A DNA stretch of 64,000 nt from Escherichia coli (GCF_013122565.1 NZ_CP053258.1); one strand, 5' to 3'; counted from the stretch's first letter, positions 43,320 to 57,089 are shown. Notes: generated by a model from the letters alone, not told the origin. Numbers and translations: made by a program.

Positions 43320-44663
43320 ATGGCACAAGTCATTAATACCAACAGCCTCTCGCTGATCACTCAGAACAACATCAACAAAAACCAGTCTGCGCTGTCGACT
43401 TCTATCGAGCGCCTCTCTTCTGGTCTGCGCATTAACAGCGCTAAAGATGACGCTGCGGGCCAGGCGATTGCTAACCGCTTCACTTCTAACATCAAAGGTC
43501 TGACTCAGGCCGCACGTAACGCCAACGACGGTATCTCTCTGGCGCAGACCACTGAAGGCGCACTGTCTGAAATCAACAACAACTTGCAGCGTGTTCGTGA
43601 ACTGACCGTTCAGGCCACTACCGGTACTAACTCTGATTCTGACCTGTCTTCAATCCAGGACGAAATCAAATCCCGTCTCGATGAAATTGACCGCGTATCC
43701 GGTCAGACTCAGTTCAACGGCGTGAACGTACTGGCAAAAGATGGCTCGATGAAAATTCAGGTCGGTGCAAATGATGGTCAGACAATCAGCATTGATTTGC
43801 AGAAGATTGATTCTTCTACTTTAGGGTTAAATGGTTTTTCTGTTTCCAAAAATGCAGTATCTGTTGGTGATGCTATTACTCAATTGCCTGGCGAGACGGC
43901 AGCCGATGCACCAGTAACCATCAAGTTTGATGATTCAGTAAAAACTGATTTAAAACTGACCGATGCTTCAGGGTTAAGTCTGCATAACCTCAAAGATGAA
44001 AATGGTAATTTAACTAACCAGTATGTTGTACAGAATGGCGGAAAATCTTACGCTGCTACAGTCGCTGCCAATGGTAATGTTACGCTGAACAAAGCAAATG
44101 TAACCTACAGCGATGTCGCAAACGGTATTGATACCGCAACGCAGTCAGGCCAGTTAGTTCAGGTTGGTGCAGATTCTACCGGTACGCCAAAAGCATTCGT
44201 GTCTGTCCAAGGTAAAAGCTTTGGCATTGATGACGCCGCCTTGAAGAATAACACTGGTGATGCTACCGCTACTCCACCGGGAGCATCTGGGACAACAGTT
44301 GTCGCAGCGTCAATTCATCTGAGTACGGGCAAAAACTCTGTAGACGCTGATGTAACGGCTTCCACTGAATTCACAGGTGCTTCAACCAACGATCCACTGA
44401 CTCTGCTGGACAAAGCTATCGCATCTGTTGATAAATTCCGTTCTTCTTTGGGGGCGGTACAGAACCGTCTGAGCTCCGCTGTAACCAACCTGAACAACAC
44501 CACCACCAACCTGTCTGAAGCGCAGTCCCGTATTCAGGACGCCGACTATGCGACCGAAGTGTCCAACATGTCGAAAGCGCAGATTATCCAGCAGGCAGGT
44601 AACTCCGTGCTGTCCAAAGCTAACCAGGTACCGCAGCAGGTTCTGTCTCTGCTGCAGGGTTAA
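43320..44663 (+). CDS. fliC: Flagellin FliC (447 aa; H-antigen type not determined)
   Basis: MAQVINTNSLSLITQNNINKNQSALSTSIERLSSGLRINSAKDDAAGQAIANRF... conserved N- and C-termini (ends ...QVLSLLQG) flanking a divergent central domain. Confidence 0.93.
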   Translation: MAQVINTNSLSLITQNNINKNQSALSTSIERLSSGLRINSAKDDAAGQAIANRFTSNIKGLTQAARNANDGISLAQTTEGALSEINNNLQRVRELTVQATTGTNSDSDLSSIQDEIKSRLDEIDRVSGQTQFNGVNVLAKDGSMKIQVGANDGQTISIDLQKIDSSTLGLNGFSVSKNAVSVGDAITQLPGETAADAPVTIKFDDSVKTDLKLTDASGLSLHNLKDENGNLTNQYVVQNGGKSYAATVAANGNVTLNKANVTYSDVANGIDTATQSGQLVQVGADSTGTPKAFVSVQGKSFGIDDAALKNNTGDATATPPGASGTTVVAASIHLSTGKNSVDADVTASTEFTGASTNDPLTLLDKAIASVDKFRSSLGAVQNRLSSAVTNLNNTTTNLSEAQSRIQDADYATEVSNMSKAQIIQQAGNSVLSKANQVPQQVLSLLQG

Positions 44664-44707
44664 TCGTCGTAACCTGATTAACTGAGACTGACGGCAACGC
44701 CAAATTG

Positions 44708-44813
<106 letters not shown>

Positions 44814-44836
44814 GCGCAATTTGTCAGCAACGTGCT

Positions 44837-44860
44837 CCCCCGCCACCGGCGGGGTTTTTT
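44837..44860 (+). terminator. Rho-independent terminator after fliC
   Basis: CCCCGCC-ACC-GGCGGGG hairpin followed by TTTTTT. Confidence 0.6.
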
Positions 44861-44949
44861 CTGTCCGCAATTTACCGGTAACCCCCAAATAACCCCTCAT
44901 TTCACCCACTAATCGTCCGATTAAAAACCCTGCAGAAACGGATAATCAT

Positions 44950-44957
44950 GCCGATAA
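44950..44957 (+). promoter_or_regulatory. Sigma-28-type -10 element (GCCGATAA) upstream of fliA
   Basis: Exact GCCGATAA 26 bp upstream of the fliA GTG; no canonical -35 at 11-bp spacing, so promoter assignment is tentative. Confidence 0.35.
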
Positions 44958-44982
44958 CTCATATAACGCAGGGCTGTTTATC

Positions 44983-45702
44983 GTGAATTCACTCTATACC
45001 GCTGAAGGTGTAATGGATAAACACTCGCTGTGGCAGCGTTATGTCCCGCTGGTGCGTCACGAAGCATTGCGCCTGCAGGTTCGACTGCCCGCGAGCGTGG
45101 AACTTGACGATCTGCTACAGGCGGGCGGCATTGGGTTACTTAATGCCGTCGAACGCTATGACGCCCTACAAGGAACGGCATTTACAACTTACGCAGTGCA
45201 GCGTATCCGTGGCGCTATGTTGGATGAACTTCGCAGCCGTGACTGGGTGCCGCGCAGCGTGCGACGCAACGCGCGTGAAGTGGCACAGGCAATAGGGCAA
45301 CTGGAGCAGGAACTTGGCCGCAACGCCACGGAAACTGAGGTAGCGGAACGTTTAGGGATCGATATTGCCGATTATCGCCAAATGTTGCTCGACACCAATA
45401 ACAGCCAGCTCTTCTCCTACGATGAGTGGCGCGAAGAGCACGGCGATAGCATCGAACTGGTTACTGATGATCATCAGCGAGAAAACCCGCTACAACAACT
45501 GCTGGACAGTAATCTGCGTCAGCGGGTGATGGAAGCCATCGAAACGTTGCCGGAGCGCGAAAAACTGGTATTAACCCTCTATTACCAGGAAGAGCTGAAT
45601 CTCAAAGAGATTGGCGCGGTGCTGGAGGTCGGGGAATCGCGGGTCAGTCAGTTACACAGCCAGGCTATTAAACGGTTACGCACTAAACTGGGTAAGTTAT
45701 AA
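44983..45702 (+). CDS. fliA: Flagellar sigma factor sigma-28 (FliA)
   Basis: 239-aa ORF, GTG start, MNSLYTAEGVMDKHSLWQRYVPLVRHEALRL...; sigma-70 family regions 2-4. Confidence 0.92.
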   Translation: MNSLYTAEGVMDKHSLWQRYVPLVRHEALRLQVRLPASVELDDLLQAGGIGLLNAVERYDALQGTAFTTYAVQRIRGAMLDELRSRDWVPRSVRRNAREVAQAIGQLEQELGRNATETEVAERLGIDIADYRQMLLDTNNSQLFSYDEWREEHGDSIELVTDDHQRENPLQQLLDSNLRQRVMEAIETLPEREKLVLTLYYQEELNLKEIGAVLEVGESRVSQLHSQAIKRLRTKLGKL

Positions 45703-45747
45703 CGTCAGTAAATGCCGCACTTTAACTTTGACTACCAGGAGTTCTTA

Positions 45748-46299
45748 ATGATGGTGCAGCACCTGAAAAGACGGCCATTAAGCCGCTATCTTAAAGACTT
45801 TAAACACAGCCAGACCCATTGCGCGCATTGCCGTAAATTACTCGATCGCATTACCTTAGTTCGCGACGGCAAAATAGTGAATAAAATCGAGATTTCCCGC
45901 CTGGACACGCTGCTTGATGAAAATGGCTGGCAAACGGAACAAAAATCATGGGCGGCATTGTGCCGATTTTGCGGTGATTTACATTGCAAAACGCAGAGTG
46001 ATTTTTTCGATATTATCGGCTTTAAGCAATTTCTTTTTGAGCAAACTGAAATGAGCCCTGGTACGGTGCGTGAATATGTCGTTCGTCTGCGCCGTTTGGG
46101 GAATCATCTACATGAGCAAAATATTTCCCTCGATCAGCTGCAGGACGGTTTCCTTGATGAAATCCTCGCCCCGTGGCTGCCCACCACCAGCACCAACAAT
46201 TACCGCATCGCATTACGGAAGTATCAACACTATCAGCGTCAAACGTGTACCGGACTTGTGCAGAAATCCTCCAGCCTGCCTGCTTCTGATATATATTAA
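45748..46299 (+). CDS. fliZ: Flagellar regulator FliZ (183 aa)
   Basis: ORF 45712..46299 contains MMVQHLKRRPLSRYLKDFKHSQTHCAHCRKLL...; start set at ATG 45748. Confidence 0.88.
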   Translation: MMVQHLKRRPLSRYLKDFKHSQTHCAHCRKLLDRITLVRDGKIVNKIEISRLDTLLDENGWQTEQKSWAALCRFCGDLHCKTQSDFFDIIGFKQFLFEQTEMSPGTVREYVVRLRRLGNHLHEQNISLDQLQDGFLDEILAPWLPTTSTNNYRIALRKYQHYQRQTCTGLVQKSSSLPASDIY

Positions 46300-46386
46300 A
46301 TAAGAATAAGATGTAGCGGAGTTGTTTTTGTGTTTACAAACAATGGCTCTACACTGCAAACAGACATAACAACATTCGGGGTGAAT

Positions 46387-48278
<1,892 letters not shown>

Positions 48279-48292
48279 CTCCGGAAACGCTC

Positions 48293-48961
48293 ATGCAAGA
48301 AAGTATACAACTGGTTATTGATTCCTTGCCGTTCCTGCTGAAAGGGGCTGGGTATACGCTGCAACTCAGTATCGGCGGCATGTTTTTTGGCTTACTGCTA
48401 GGGTTTATTCTCGCGCTGATGCGCCTGTCGCCAATCTGGCCCGTGCGCTGGCTGGCGCGTTTTTATATCTCTATTTTTCGTGGTACACCGCTCATCGCAC
48501 AACTGTTTATGATCTATTACGGCTTGCCGCAGTTTGGCATCGAATTAGATCCCATTCCGTCAGCAATGATTGGTCTGTCGCTGAACACTGCCGCCTATGC
48601 CGCCGAAACACTGCGCGCCGCCATTTCTTCTATTGATAAAGGTCAGTGGGAAGCGGCAGCCAGTATTGGTATGACGCCGTGGCAGACCATGCGTCGCGCG
48701 ATTTTGCCACAGGCGGCGCGTGTGGCGTTGCCGCCGCTGTCGAACAGCTTTATCAGCCTGGTAAAAGATACGTCGCTGGCCGCGACAATCCAGGTGCCGG
48801 AGCTGTTCCGTCAGGCACAGTTGATTACCTCGCGTACGCTGGAGGTGTTCACCATGTATCTGGCGGCTTCGCTCATCTACTGGATCATGGCGACTGTGTT
48901 ATCGACGTTGCAGAACCATTTTGAGAATCAACTTAATCGCCAGGAGAGAGAACCAAAATGA
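48293..48961 (+). CDS. tcyL: L-cystine ABC transporter permease TcyL (YecS)
   Basis: 222-aa membrane ORF MQESIQLVIDSLPFLLKGAGYTLQLSIGGMFFG... Confidence 0.88.
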   Translation: MQESIQLVIDSLPFLLKGAGYTLQLSIGGMFFGLLLGFILALMRLSPIWPVRWLARFYISIFRGTPLIAQLFMIYYGLPQFGIELDPIPSAMIGLSLNTAAYAAETLRAAISSIDKGQWEAAASIGMTPWQTMRRAILPQAARVALPPLSNSFISLVKDTSLAATIQVPELFRQAQLITSRTLEVFTMYLAASLIYWIMATVLSTLQNHFENQLNRQEREPK

Positions 48962-49710
48962 GTGCCATTGAAGTTAAGAACCTGGTGAAAAAATTCCACG
49001 GTCAGACGGTGCTGCACGGTATCGACCTCGAGGTAAAGCCTGGCGAAGTGGTGGCAATTATCGGTCCGAGTGGTTCCGGCAAAACCACGTTGCTACGCAG
49101 CATAAATCTGCTGGAACAACCGGAAGCGGGAACCATCACCGTTGGCGATATCACTATTGATACTGCACGTTCATTAAGTCAGCAAAAATCGCTGATTCGC
49201 CAGTTGCGTCAGCACGTCGGGTTTGTCTTCCAGAACTTTAATTTGTTTCCGCATCGTACGGTGCTGGAGAACATTATTGAAGGGCCGGTGATCGTCAAAG
49301 GCGAACCGAAAGAAGAGGCCACGGCGCGCGCTCGCGAGCTGTTGGCGAAAGTTGGGCTGGCCGGTAAAGAAACCAGCTATCCACGTCGTTTGTCTGGCGG
49401 TCAACAGCAGCGTGTTGCGATCGCGCGTGCGCTGGCAATGCGTCCTGAGGTGATTTTGTTTGACGAGCCAACGTCGGCGCTGGATCCAGAGCTGGTGGGC
49501 GAAGTCCTGAACACCATCCGTCAGCTGGCGCAGGAAAAGCGCACGATGGTGATTGTGACGCACGAAATGAGCTTTGCGCGGGATGTTGCGGACCGGGCGA
49601 TCTTTATGGACCAGGGGCGGATAGTCGAGCAGGGGGCCGCAAAAGCGTTATTTGCCGATCCCGAGCAGCCTCGCACCCGCCAGTTCCTCGAGAAGTTTCT
49701 GCTGCAATAA
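48958..49710 (+). CDS. tcyN: L-cystine ABC transporter ATP-binding protein TcyN (YecC)
   Basis: 250-aa ORF with Walker A GPSGSGKTT and ABC signature LSGGQQQR; start overlaps tcyL stop. Confidence 0.9.
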   Translation: MSAIEVKNLVKKFHGQTVLHGIDLEVKPGEVVAIIGPSGSGKTTLLRSINLLEQPEAGTITVGDITIDTARSLSQQKSLIRQLRQHVGFVFQNFNLFPHRTVLENIIEGPVIVKGEPKEEATARARELLAKVGLAGKETSYPRRLSGGQQQRVAIARALAMRPEVILFDEPTSALDPELVGEVLNTIRQLAQEKRTMVIVTHEMSFARDVADRAIFMDQGRIVEQGAAKALFADPEQPRTRQFLEKFLLQ

Positions 49711-49939
49711 TAAGAAAAAATCCGCCCCGACGATTCGACAGTCGGGGCGGAACGCCATTTCAAGCGTGATAAAACTGTTTAACAAATCAGCATAACTCAT
49801 TAATAACATAAGAGAATGCGATGGCTTGCAAAAGTAATTCATTGTCTGAATAATATAAATTATATATAAATCTTATTTATGTGATAGTTTGAATTATCAT
49901 TATAAATGATACTCACTCTCAGGGGCGTTGCGGTTTACT

Positions 49940-50662
49940 ATGCAGGATACGGATTTTTTCAGCTGGCGTCGCACGATGCTGTTGCATTTTCAGAGGATGG
50001 AGGCCGCAGAAGAGGTCTACCATGAAATAGAGCTTCAGGCTCAGCTGCTGGAGTACGATTACTATTCGTTATGTGTTCGCCACCCGGTACCATTCACGCG
50101 ACCTAAAGTGGCTTTCTACACCAATTACCCTGAGGCGTGGGTTAGTTATTATCAGGCAAAAAACTTTCTCGCAATTGATCCGGTGCTGAACCCTGAAAAC
50201 TTTAGTCAGGGCCATTTAATGTGGAATGATGACTTATTCAGCGAAGCACAGCCGTTATGGGAAGCCGCGCGCGCACATGGTTTACGCCGCGGTGTCACTC
50301 AGTATTTAATGCTGCCAAACCGGGCGCTGGGCTTTTTGTCCTTTTCCCGTTGCAGCGCGCGCGAAATACCCATTCTTAGTGATGAACTGCAATTAAAAAT
50401 GCAGTTACTGGTGCGCGAAAGTCTGATGGCTCTGATGCGTTTAAATGATGAAATAGTGATGACGCCAGAGATGAATTTCAGCAAGCGCGAAAAAGAAATT
50501 CTGAGGTGGACGGCGGAAGGGAAGACATCAGCAGAGATAGCGATGATTTTGTCAATCTCTGAGAATACGGTCAATTTCCACCAGAAAAACATGCAGAAAA
50601 AAATTAATGCACCAAATAAGACCCAGGTTGCCTGTTACGCGGCCGCTACTGGCTTAATTTGA
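49940..50662 (+). CDS. sdiA: LuxR-family quorum-sensing regulator SdiA (240 aa)
   Basis: ORF 49928..50662 (TTG in track) contains MQDTDFFSWRRTMLL...; start set at ATG 49940; C-terminal LuxR HTH. Confidence 0.9.
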   Translation: MQDTDFFSWRRTMLLHFQRMEAAEEVYHEIELQAQLLEYDYYSLCVRHPVPFTRPKVAFYTNYPEAWVSYYQAKNFLAIDPVLNPENFSQGHLMWNDDLFSEAQPLWEAARAHGLRRGVTQYLMLPNRALGFLSFSRCSAREIPILSDELQLKMQLLVRESLMALMRLNDEIVMTPEMNFSKREKEILRWTAEGKTSAEIAMILSISENTVNFHQKNMQKKINAPNKTQVACYAAATGLI

Positions 50663-50729
50663 TCTCTTTTCTGTCCTGCGTGCCAGATGCAAAAACCGGC
50701 TGAAAGGCACGCTATCAGCCGGTTTTATA

Positions 50730-50954
50730 TTACTGACGGTAGGCTTGTTTAATTTGCTTAACCGTTTTGGAAAATACTGCAGCCTGGGTTTCGTCTTCGA
50801 TCAGCGCAAGCTGTTTTTCCATCTTTAACATCACGCGGCCCGCGTCAGCTTGTCCCATCGCCTGCAGCATCAGCGTCAGCATCGCTTTCAGGCAGGAGAC
50901 TTCATTTGCCAGTTCTTGATTATTCTCGGCAGTAGAAAAATCAGGCGTACTCAT
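50730..50954 (-). CDS. yecF: Small protein YecF (74 aa)
   Basis: [38 protein letters not shown]... Confidence 0.8.
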
Positions 50955-51411
50955 TTATTTTCCTCGTCATGTTGCAATGAAAATTTGCGGTGAAAAATGT
51001 TAAGGCGGCGGAGTATACCATAAGCTTTGCTAAAAATAGCAGTGGTTGTTTTTTGAGCGTGCCGTCAACGGTGCTATTAAATGCGTTAATATAATGACCA
51101 ATAAATATTTTTATCATGAATGTTTTTGCCCGTATTGTTCGGGTTAATTAATGTTACATATTCAGCGGGCTGATTTTCATTTTTGCTGAATAAAGGTAAT
51201 TTTTGTCACATTTCGTCGCAGGGCTTACTGTGAAACGATCCGGTAAGCCGTTGGTGACGGGCGTGACCATAACTGTGGACAATCGAATTGACAAAAACGA
51301 GAGAAAAATCGAATACCCACCATTTTTAACGTTTCAAAGTTGCAATAAAAACCGCTAATATACGAATGACTAACTATCAGTAGCGTTATCCCTATTTCTG
51401 GAGATATTCCT

Positions 51412-52068
51412 TTGATCAACGTTCTACTTGTTGATGACCACGAACTGGTGCGCGCAGGGATACGACGCATTCTGGAAGATATAAAGGGTATAAAAGTCGT
51501 CGGTGAGGCATCGTGCGGTGAAGACGCCGTTAAGTGGTGCCGGGCAAATGCCGTTGACGTGGTGCTAATGGACATGAGTATGCCGGGCATTGGCGGTCTT
51601 GAGGCGACGCGTAAAATCGCGCGTTCCACAGCTGATGTAAAAATCATCATGCTTACCGTCCATACAGAAAACCCTTTACCAGCGAAAGTCATGCAGGCCG
51701 GTGCTGCGGGCTACCTCAGCAAAGGCGCGGCTCCGCAGGAAGTCGTGAGTGCGATTCGTTCTGTCTATTCTGGGCAGCGTTACATTGCTTCTGACATCGC
51801 TCAACAAATGGCATTAAGCCAGATCGAACCAGAAAAAACAGAAAGCCCATTTGCCAGTTTGTCTGAACGTGAATTGCAGATTATGCTGATGATCACTAAG
51901 GGCCAGAAGGTCAATGAGATCTCAGAACAGCTCAATCTCAGTCCGAAAACGGTGAACAGCTACCGCTATCGAATGTTCAGTAAACTAAACATTCATGGCG
52001 ATGTTGAGCTGACTCACCTGGCAATTCGCCATGGTCTGTGTAATGCGGAGACATTATCAAGTCAGTGA
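51412..52068 (+). CDS. uvrY: Response regulator UvrY (BarA partner, LuxR/FixJ family)
   Basis: 218-aa ORF, TTG start, [39 protein letters not shown]... Confidence 0.9.
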   Translation: MINVLLVDDHELVRAGIRRILEDIKGIKVVGEASCGEDAVKWCRANAVDVVLMDMSMPGIGGLEATRKIARSTADVKIIMLTVHTENPLPAKVMQAGAAGYLSKGAAPQEVVSAIRSVYSGQRYIASDIAQQMALSQIEPEKTESPFASLSERELQIMLMITKGQKVNEISEQLNLSPKTVNSYRYRMFSKLNIHGDVELTHLAIRHGLCNAETLSSQ

Positions 52069-53897
52069 GTGATCAGTTTGACGCAAAAGCGTTTTTAAAA
52101 ACCGTAACCAGCCAGCCAGGCGTTTATCGCATGTACGATGCTGGTGGTACGGTTATCTATGTCGGCAAAGCGAAAGACCTGAAAAAACGGCTTTCCAGCT
52201 ATTTCCGTAGCAACCTCGCTTCGCGCAAAACCGAAGCGCTGGTCGCCCAGATCCAGCAAATTGATGTAACGGTTACTCATACAGAAACCGAAGCGCTGTT
52301 GCTGGAACACAACTACATCAAACTCTATCAGCCGCGTTACAACGTTTTGCTACGCGATGATAAATCATATCCTTTTATCTTCCTGAGTGGTGATACCCAC
52401 CCGCGTCTGGCGATGCATCGTGGTGCAAAGCATGCCAAAGGTGAATATTTCGGCCCGTTCCCGAATGGCTATGCCGTACGTGAAACACTGGCGCTACTGC
52501 AAAAGATTTTCCCCATTCGCCAGTGCGAAAACAGTGTTTATCGCAATCGCTCGCGTCCGTGTCTGCAATATCAGATAGGGCGCTGTCTGGGGCCGTGCGT
52601 TGAAGGACTGGTGAGTGAAGAAGAATACGCTCAGCAGGTCGAGTATGTGCGCCTGTTTTTGTCTGGCAAAGATGATCAGGTGCTTACGCAACTGATTAGC
52701 CGTATGGAAACTGCCAGCCAGAATCTGGAGTTTGAAGAAGCGGCACGTATTCGCGACCAAATTCAGGCGGTGCGACGCGTCACCGAAAAACAGTTTGTTT
52801 CCAATACCGGCGACGACCTTGACGTTATTGGTGTGGCGTTCGATGCGGGCATGGCTTGTGTCCACGTATTGTTCATTCGTCAGGGCAAAGTGCTCGGCAG
52901 CCGCAGCTATTTCCCGAAAGTGCCTGGCGGTACGGAACTGAGCGAGGTGGTGGAAACCTTCGTAGGTCAGTTCTATTTACAAGGCAGCCAGATGCGCACC
53001 TTACCGGGTGAGATCCTGCTCGATTTTAATCTTAGCGATAAAACGCTGCTCGCCGATTCCCTTTCAGAACTGGCGGGACGCAAGATTAATGTTCAAACCA
53101 AACCTCGCGGCGATCGGGCGCGTTATCTGAAACTCGCGCGCACCAATGCGGCGACGGCCTTAACCAGCAAACTTTCGCAGCAATCTACCGTTCACCAGCG
53201 GCTGACAGCGCTTGCCAGCGTGTTAAAATTGCCGGAAGTGAAGCGGATGGAGTGCTTTGACATCAGCCATACCATGGGGGAACAAACCGTCGCTTCCTGT
53301 GTGGTGTTTGATGCTAACGGCCCGCTGCGTGCGGAGTATCGGCGCTATAACATTACTGGCATCACGCCGGGCGATGATTATGCGGCGATGAATCAGGTGC
53401 TGCGTCGGCGTTATGGTAAAGCCATCGACGACAGTAAGATGCCGGATGTGATCCTTATCGACGGCGGCAAAGGCCAGCTTGCGCAGGCGAAAAATGTCTT
53501 CGCCGAACTGGATGTCTCATGGGATAAAAATCATCCGCTGCTACTTGGCGTTGCCAAAGGAGCAGATCGTAAGGCTGGGCTGGAAACGCTGTTCTTTGAG
53601 CCGGAAGGTGAGGGATTCAGTTTGCCGCCAGATTCTCCCGCGCTGCATGTTATCCAGCATATTCGCGATGAATCACATGATCACGCGATTGGCGGGCACC
53701 GTAAAAAACGGGCGAAGGTCAAAAATACCAGTTCCCTGGAAACCATTGAAGGCGTCGGGCCAAAACGCCGGCAAATGTTGTTGAAATATATGGGTGGTTT
53801 GCAAGGTTTACGTAACGCCAGCGTCGAGGAAATTGCAAAAGTGCCGGGTATTTCGCAAGGTCTGGCAGAAAAGATCTTCTGGTCGTTGAAACATTGA
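52065..53897 (+). CDS. uvrC: Excinuclease ABC subunit C (UvrC)
   Basis: 610-aa ORF, GTG start overlapping uvrY stop; [43 protein letters not shown] (GIY-YIG). Confidence 0.92.
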   Translation: MSDQFDAKAFLKTVTSQPGVYRMYDAGGTVIYVGKAKDLKKRLSSYFRSNLASRKTEALVAQIQQIDVTVTHTETEALLLEHNYIKLYQPRYNVLLRDDKSYPFIFLSGDTHPRLAMHRGAKHAKGEYFGPFPNGYAVRETLALLQKIFPIRQCENSVYRNRSRPCLQYQIGRCLGPCVEGLVSEEEYAQQVEYVRLFLSGKDDQVLTQLISRMETASQNLEFEEAARIRDQIQAVRRVTEKQFVSNTGDDLDVIGVAFDAGMACVHVLFIRQGKVLGSRSYFPKVPGGTELSEVVETFVGQFYLQGSQMRTLPGEILLDFNLSDKTLLADSLSELAGRKINVQTKPRGDRARYLKLARTNAATALTSKLSQQSTVHQRLTALASVLKLPEVKRMECFDISHTMGEQTVASCVVFDANGPLRAEYRRYNITGITPGDDYAAMNQVLRRRYGKAIDDSKMPDVILIDGGKGQLAQAKNVFAELDVSWDKNHPLLLGVAKGADRKAGLETLFFEPEGEGFSLPPDSPALHVIQHIRDESHDHAIGGHRKKRAKVKNTSSLETIEGVGPKRRQMLLKYMGGLQGLRNASVEEIAKVPGISQGLAEKIFWSLKH

Positions 53898-53953
53898 TGT
53901 CTCTGTAGCAACATAGGGGTAATCTTACTGACAACAGATAGTTACCCGTCATT

Positions 53954-54502
53954 ATGCAATTTAATATCCCTACGTTGCTTACACTGTTCCGTGTCATCCT
54001 TATCCCATTCTTTGTATTGGTCTTTTATCTGCCTGTCACCTGGTCGCCGTTTGCCGCCGCGCTCATTTTCTGCGTCGCGGCGGTGACTGACTGGTTCGAT
54101 GGTTTTCTGGCACGCCGCTGGAACCAGAGTACCCGGTTTGGTGCTTTCCTTGACCCTGTCGCAGATAAAGTTCTCGTGGCTATCGCCATGGTGCTGGTAA
54201 CCGAGCATTATCACAGCTGGTGGGTGACCTTACCGGCGGCAACGATGATCGCCCGTGAGATTATTATTTCTGCGCTACGCGAATGGATGGCGGAGTTGGG
54301 TAAACGCAGTAGCGTGGCTGTCTCCTGGATTGGGAAAGTGAAAACTACTGCCCAGATGGTGGCGTTGGCCTGGCTGCTGTGGCGTCCGAACATTTGGGTT
54401 GAGTACGCCGGTATTGCACTTTTCTTTGTGGCTGCGGTACTGACTCTGTGGTCAATGTTGCAATATTTGAGCGCTGCGCGTGCAGATTTGCTTGATCAGT
54501 GA
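53954..54502 (+). CDS. pgsA: CDP-diacylglycerol--glycerol-3-phosphate 3-phosphatidyltransferase PgsA
   Basis: 182-aa [30 protein letters not shown]...; CDP-alcohol phosphatidyltransferase motif DWFDGFLAR. Confidence 0.9.
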
Positions 54503-54653
54503 TCGTTTCGACGCAATTTTCAGCAAACGATCAAAAGTGGTGAAAAATATCGTTGACTCATCGCGCCAGGTAAGTAGAATGCAACGCATCGAACGGCGGC
54601 ACTGATTGCCAGACGATAATAAAATCAAGTGATTAACTGATTGCTTGATGAAT

Positions 54654-54729
<76 letters not shown>

Positions 54730-54782
54730 GTTTAAAAGACATCGGCGTCAGCGGATGTCTGGCTGAAAGGCCTGAAGAATTT

Positions 54783-54856
54783 GGCGCGTTAACAAAGCGG
54801 TTATGTAGCGGATTGCAAATCCGTCTAGTCCGGTTCGACTCCGGAACGCGCCTCCA
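54783..54856 (+). tRNA. cysT: tRNA-Cys (GCA)
   Basis: 74-nt GGCGCGTTAACAAAGCGGTTATGTAGCGGATTGCAAATCCGTCTAGTCCGGTTCGACTCCGGAACGCGCCTCCA. Confidence 0.93.
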
Positions 54857-54868
54857 CTTTCTTCCCGA

Positions 54869-54955
54869 GCCCGGATGGTGGAATCGGTAGACACAAGGGA
54901 TTTAAAATCCCTCGGCGTTCGCGCTGTGCGGGTTCAAGTCCCGCTCCGGGTACCA
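54869..54955 (+). tRNA. leuZ: tRNA-Leu (UAA)
   Basis: 87-nt GCCCGGATGGTGGAATCGGTAGACACAAGGGATTTAAAATCCCTCGGCGTTCGCGCTGTGCGGGTTCAAGTCCCGCTCCGGGTACCA. Confidence 0.93.
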
Positions 54956-54997
54956 TGGGAAAGATAAGAATAAAATCAAAGCAATAAGCAGTGTCGT

Positions 54998-55024
54998 GAA
55001 ACCACCTTCGGGTGGTTTTTTTGT
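54998..55024 (+). terminator. Rho-independent terminator after the glyW-cysT-leuZ operon
   Basis: AAACCACC-TTCG-GGTGGTTT hairpin followed by TTTTTTGT. Confidence 0.6.
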
Positions 55025-55150
55025 GCCTGCAACTTGTCGTTACACCCTCCTTAATTTTTAATCACCGGCAAAGCCACTCAAAAAGTATCTCTGATACGGA
55101 CCGACATGTAAGATAGGTGCTGGCGAGTTGAGATCCACAAGGAAAAGCGT

Positions 55151-55816
55151 ATGAAAACGGGACCGTTAAACGAAAGTGAGTTGGAATGGCTGGACGATAT
55201 TCTGACCAAATACAACACTGACCACGCCATTCTTGATGTGGCGGAGCTGGACGGTTTATTGACGGCGGTGTTGAGTTCTCCGCAAGAGATTGAACCGGCA
55301 CAGTGGCTGGTTGCCGTATGGGGTGGGGCTGACTATGTGCCACGCTGGGCGTCAGAGAAAGAGATGACGCGCTTTATGAACCTGGCTTTTCAGCATATGG
55401 CCGATACCGCAGAGCGTCTGAACGAATTCCCGGAGCAGTTTGAGCCGTTATTCGGCTTGCGAGAAGTCGATGGCAGCGAGCTGACGATTGTTGAGGAGTG
55501 GTGCTTTGGCTATATGCGGGGCGTGGCACTTTCTGACTGGTCAACGTTGCCCGATTCGTTAAAACCAGCGCTGGAGGCGATTGCGCTGCACGGTACTGAG
55601 GAAAACTTCGAGCGGGTAGAGAAGATGTCGCCAGAAGCGTTTGAAGAGAGCGTAGATGCCATTCGACTGGCGGCGCTTGATTTACATGCGTACTGGATGG
55701 CCCATCCGCAGGAAAAAGCTGTTCAGCAACCGATCAAAGCAGAAGAGAAACCTGGGCGCAACGATCCTTGTCCGTGCGGCAGTGGTAAGAAATTTAAGCA
55801 GTGCTGCCTGCATTAA
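55151..55816 (+). CDS. yecA: UPF0149 protein YecA with C-terminal SEC-C metal-binding motif
   Basis: 221-aa ORF ending ...[19 protein letters not shown]. Confidence 0.88.
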   Translation: MKTGPLNESELEWLDDILTKYNTDHAILDVAELDGLLTAVLSSPQEIEPAQWLVAVWGGADYVPRWASEKEMTRFMNLAFQHMADTAERLNEFPEQFEPLFGLREVDGSELTIVEEWCFGYMRGVALSDWSTLPDSLKPALEAIALHGTEENFERVEKMSPEAFEESVDAIRLAALDLHAYWMAHPQEKAVQQPIKAEEKPGRNDPCPCGSGKKFKQCCLH

Positions 55817-55877
55817 GAGGTCACATTGGGTGTCAGCGTTAATTCTGGCACCCAATAAGGAATTTGAGGCTATCTGA

Positions 55878-57089
55878 TCACCCCACTTCTGGTAACAACC
55901 CTGCCGCAATCAAAAATTGCACGCTAATCACAGCAATACCACAGAGAAACACCACCACCAGCGCCGGACGACCACCTTTGACCCGGTAACCCGCCTGAGG
56001 ATTGTGCTTTCTGCTTTGCCAGGTCAACAGCGAAGGGATAATCAATGCCAGTACCGCCAGCGCCACACCGGCGTAACCCAGCGCCATCACAAATCCTCGT
56101 GGATAAAACAGTGCAAACGCCAACGGCGGCAGAAAGGTAATTGCACCAGTTTGCAATCGTCCACCAACGGTATTTGAACGCTGAAACAAATCAGCCAGAT
56201 AATCAAATAAGCCTAACGCAACGCCGAGAAATGACGTGGCGAGCGCTAAATCAGCAAATAAATGCACTGCCAGCTCAACATGCGGAGAGGCCACCATTTC
56301 GCGTAACGCCTGTAACAGCCCGTTTAATCCAGCATGATTAGCCAGCAATCCCATAAAGGTTGTTGAATCAATGCTGCCAAGCGTCGCCACCTGCCAGAAA
56401 ATATATGCCACCAGGGGGATCGCACTACCAGTTATAAACACCCAGCGTAGCTTACGAATGTTGCCATCCATATAACTGACAATGCTCGGCACGCTGCCGT
56501 GAAAACCAAACGACGTAAAAATCACCGGGATTGCAGACAGTGCCAGCCCCTGTTGCAATGGCAGGGTTAAAAGATTCACCTTGTGAATATGTGGAAGCAG
56601 CAGTACCAGCATTACCACCAGAAAAATAATTTTGGCGCTGAACAGAAAACGGTTAAATAAATCGACCAGCGAAGTTCCAACACAAACCACGCCACCGGCA
56701 ACAAAAGTGAACAACAGCACGCCAGCGGTTGCCGACATTGAAATACCTGTCCAGTCGCTGATGCTGGAGGCCAACAATTCACCGGCACCGCTGATGTATG
56801 CCGCAGTCAGAGCATACATTAAGAACATCATACTGAAGCCCGTCAGCCACTGACCGTAGCGTCCCAGATAGCGTTTTGCCAGCGTGCCCAAGCCGGTATC
56901 TGCCGGGACATGCTGGTACACCTCCAGCAGTAATAGCGCCGTGTAGCACATCAACGCCCAAAGCCCAATCAACAATATTAACGTGACGCTAAAACCAACA
57001 CCTGCCGCAGCCAGCGGCATTGCCAGCATACCTGCGCCAATTGTGGTTCCCGCCACGATAAAAACACTTCCCAGAGTTCTGTTTTTCAC
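55878..57089 (-). CDS. tyrP: Tyrosine-specific transporter TyrP
   Basis: 403-aa polytopic ORF, GTG start, [30 protein letters not shown]... Confidence 0.9.
   Translation of the reverse strand: MKNRTLGSVFIVAGTTIGAGMLAMPLAAAGVGFSVTLILLIGLWALMCYTALLLLEVYQHVPADTGLGTLAKRYLGRYGQWLTGFSMMFLMYALTAAYISGAGELLASSISDWTGISMSATAGVLLFTFVAGGVVCVGTSLVDLFNRFLFSAKIIFLVVMLVLLLPHIHKVNLLTLPLQQGLALSAIPVIFTSFGFHGSVPSIVSYMDGNIRKLRWVFITGSAIPLVAYIFWQVATLGSIDSTTFMGLLANHAGLNGLLQALREMVASPHVELAVHLFADLALATSFLGVALGLFDYLADLFQRSNTVGGRLQTGAITFLPPLAFALFYPRGFVMALGYAGVALAVLALIIPSLLTWQSRKHNPQAGYRVKGGRPALVVVFLCGIAVISVQFLIAAGLLPEVG

Noticed and set aside
51225-51692. 155-aa minus-strand ORF overlapping the uvrY start
   Set aside because: Overlaps the well-supported uvrY response-regulator ORF on the opposite strand and its upstream region; no RBS or recognisable domain.
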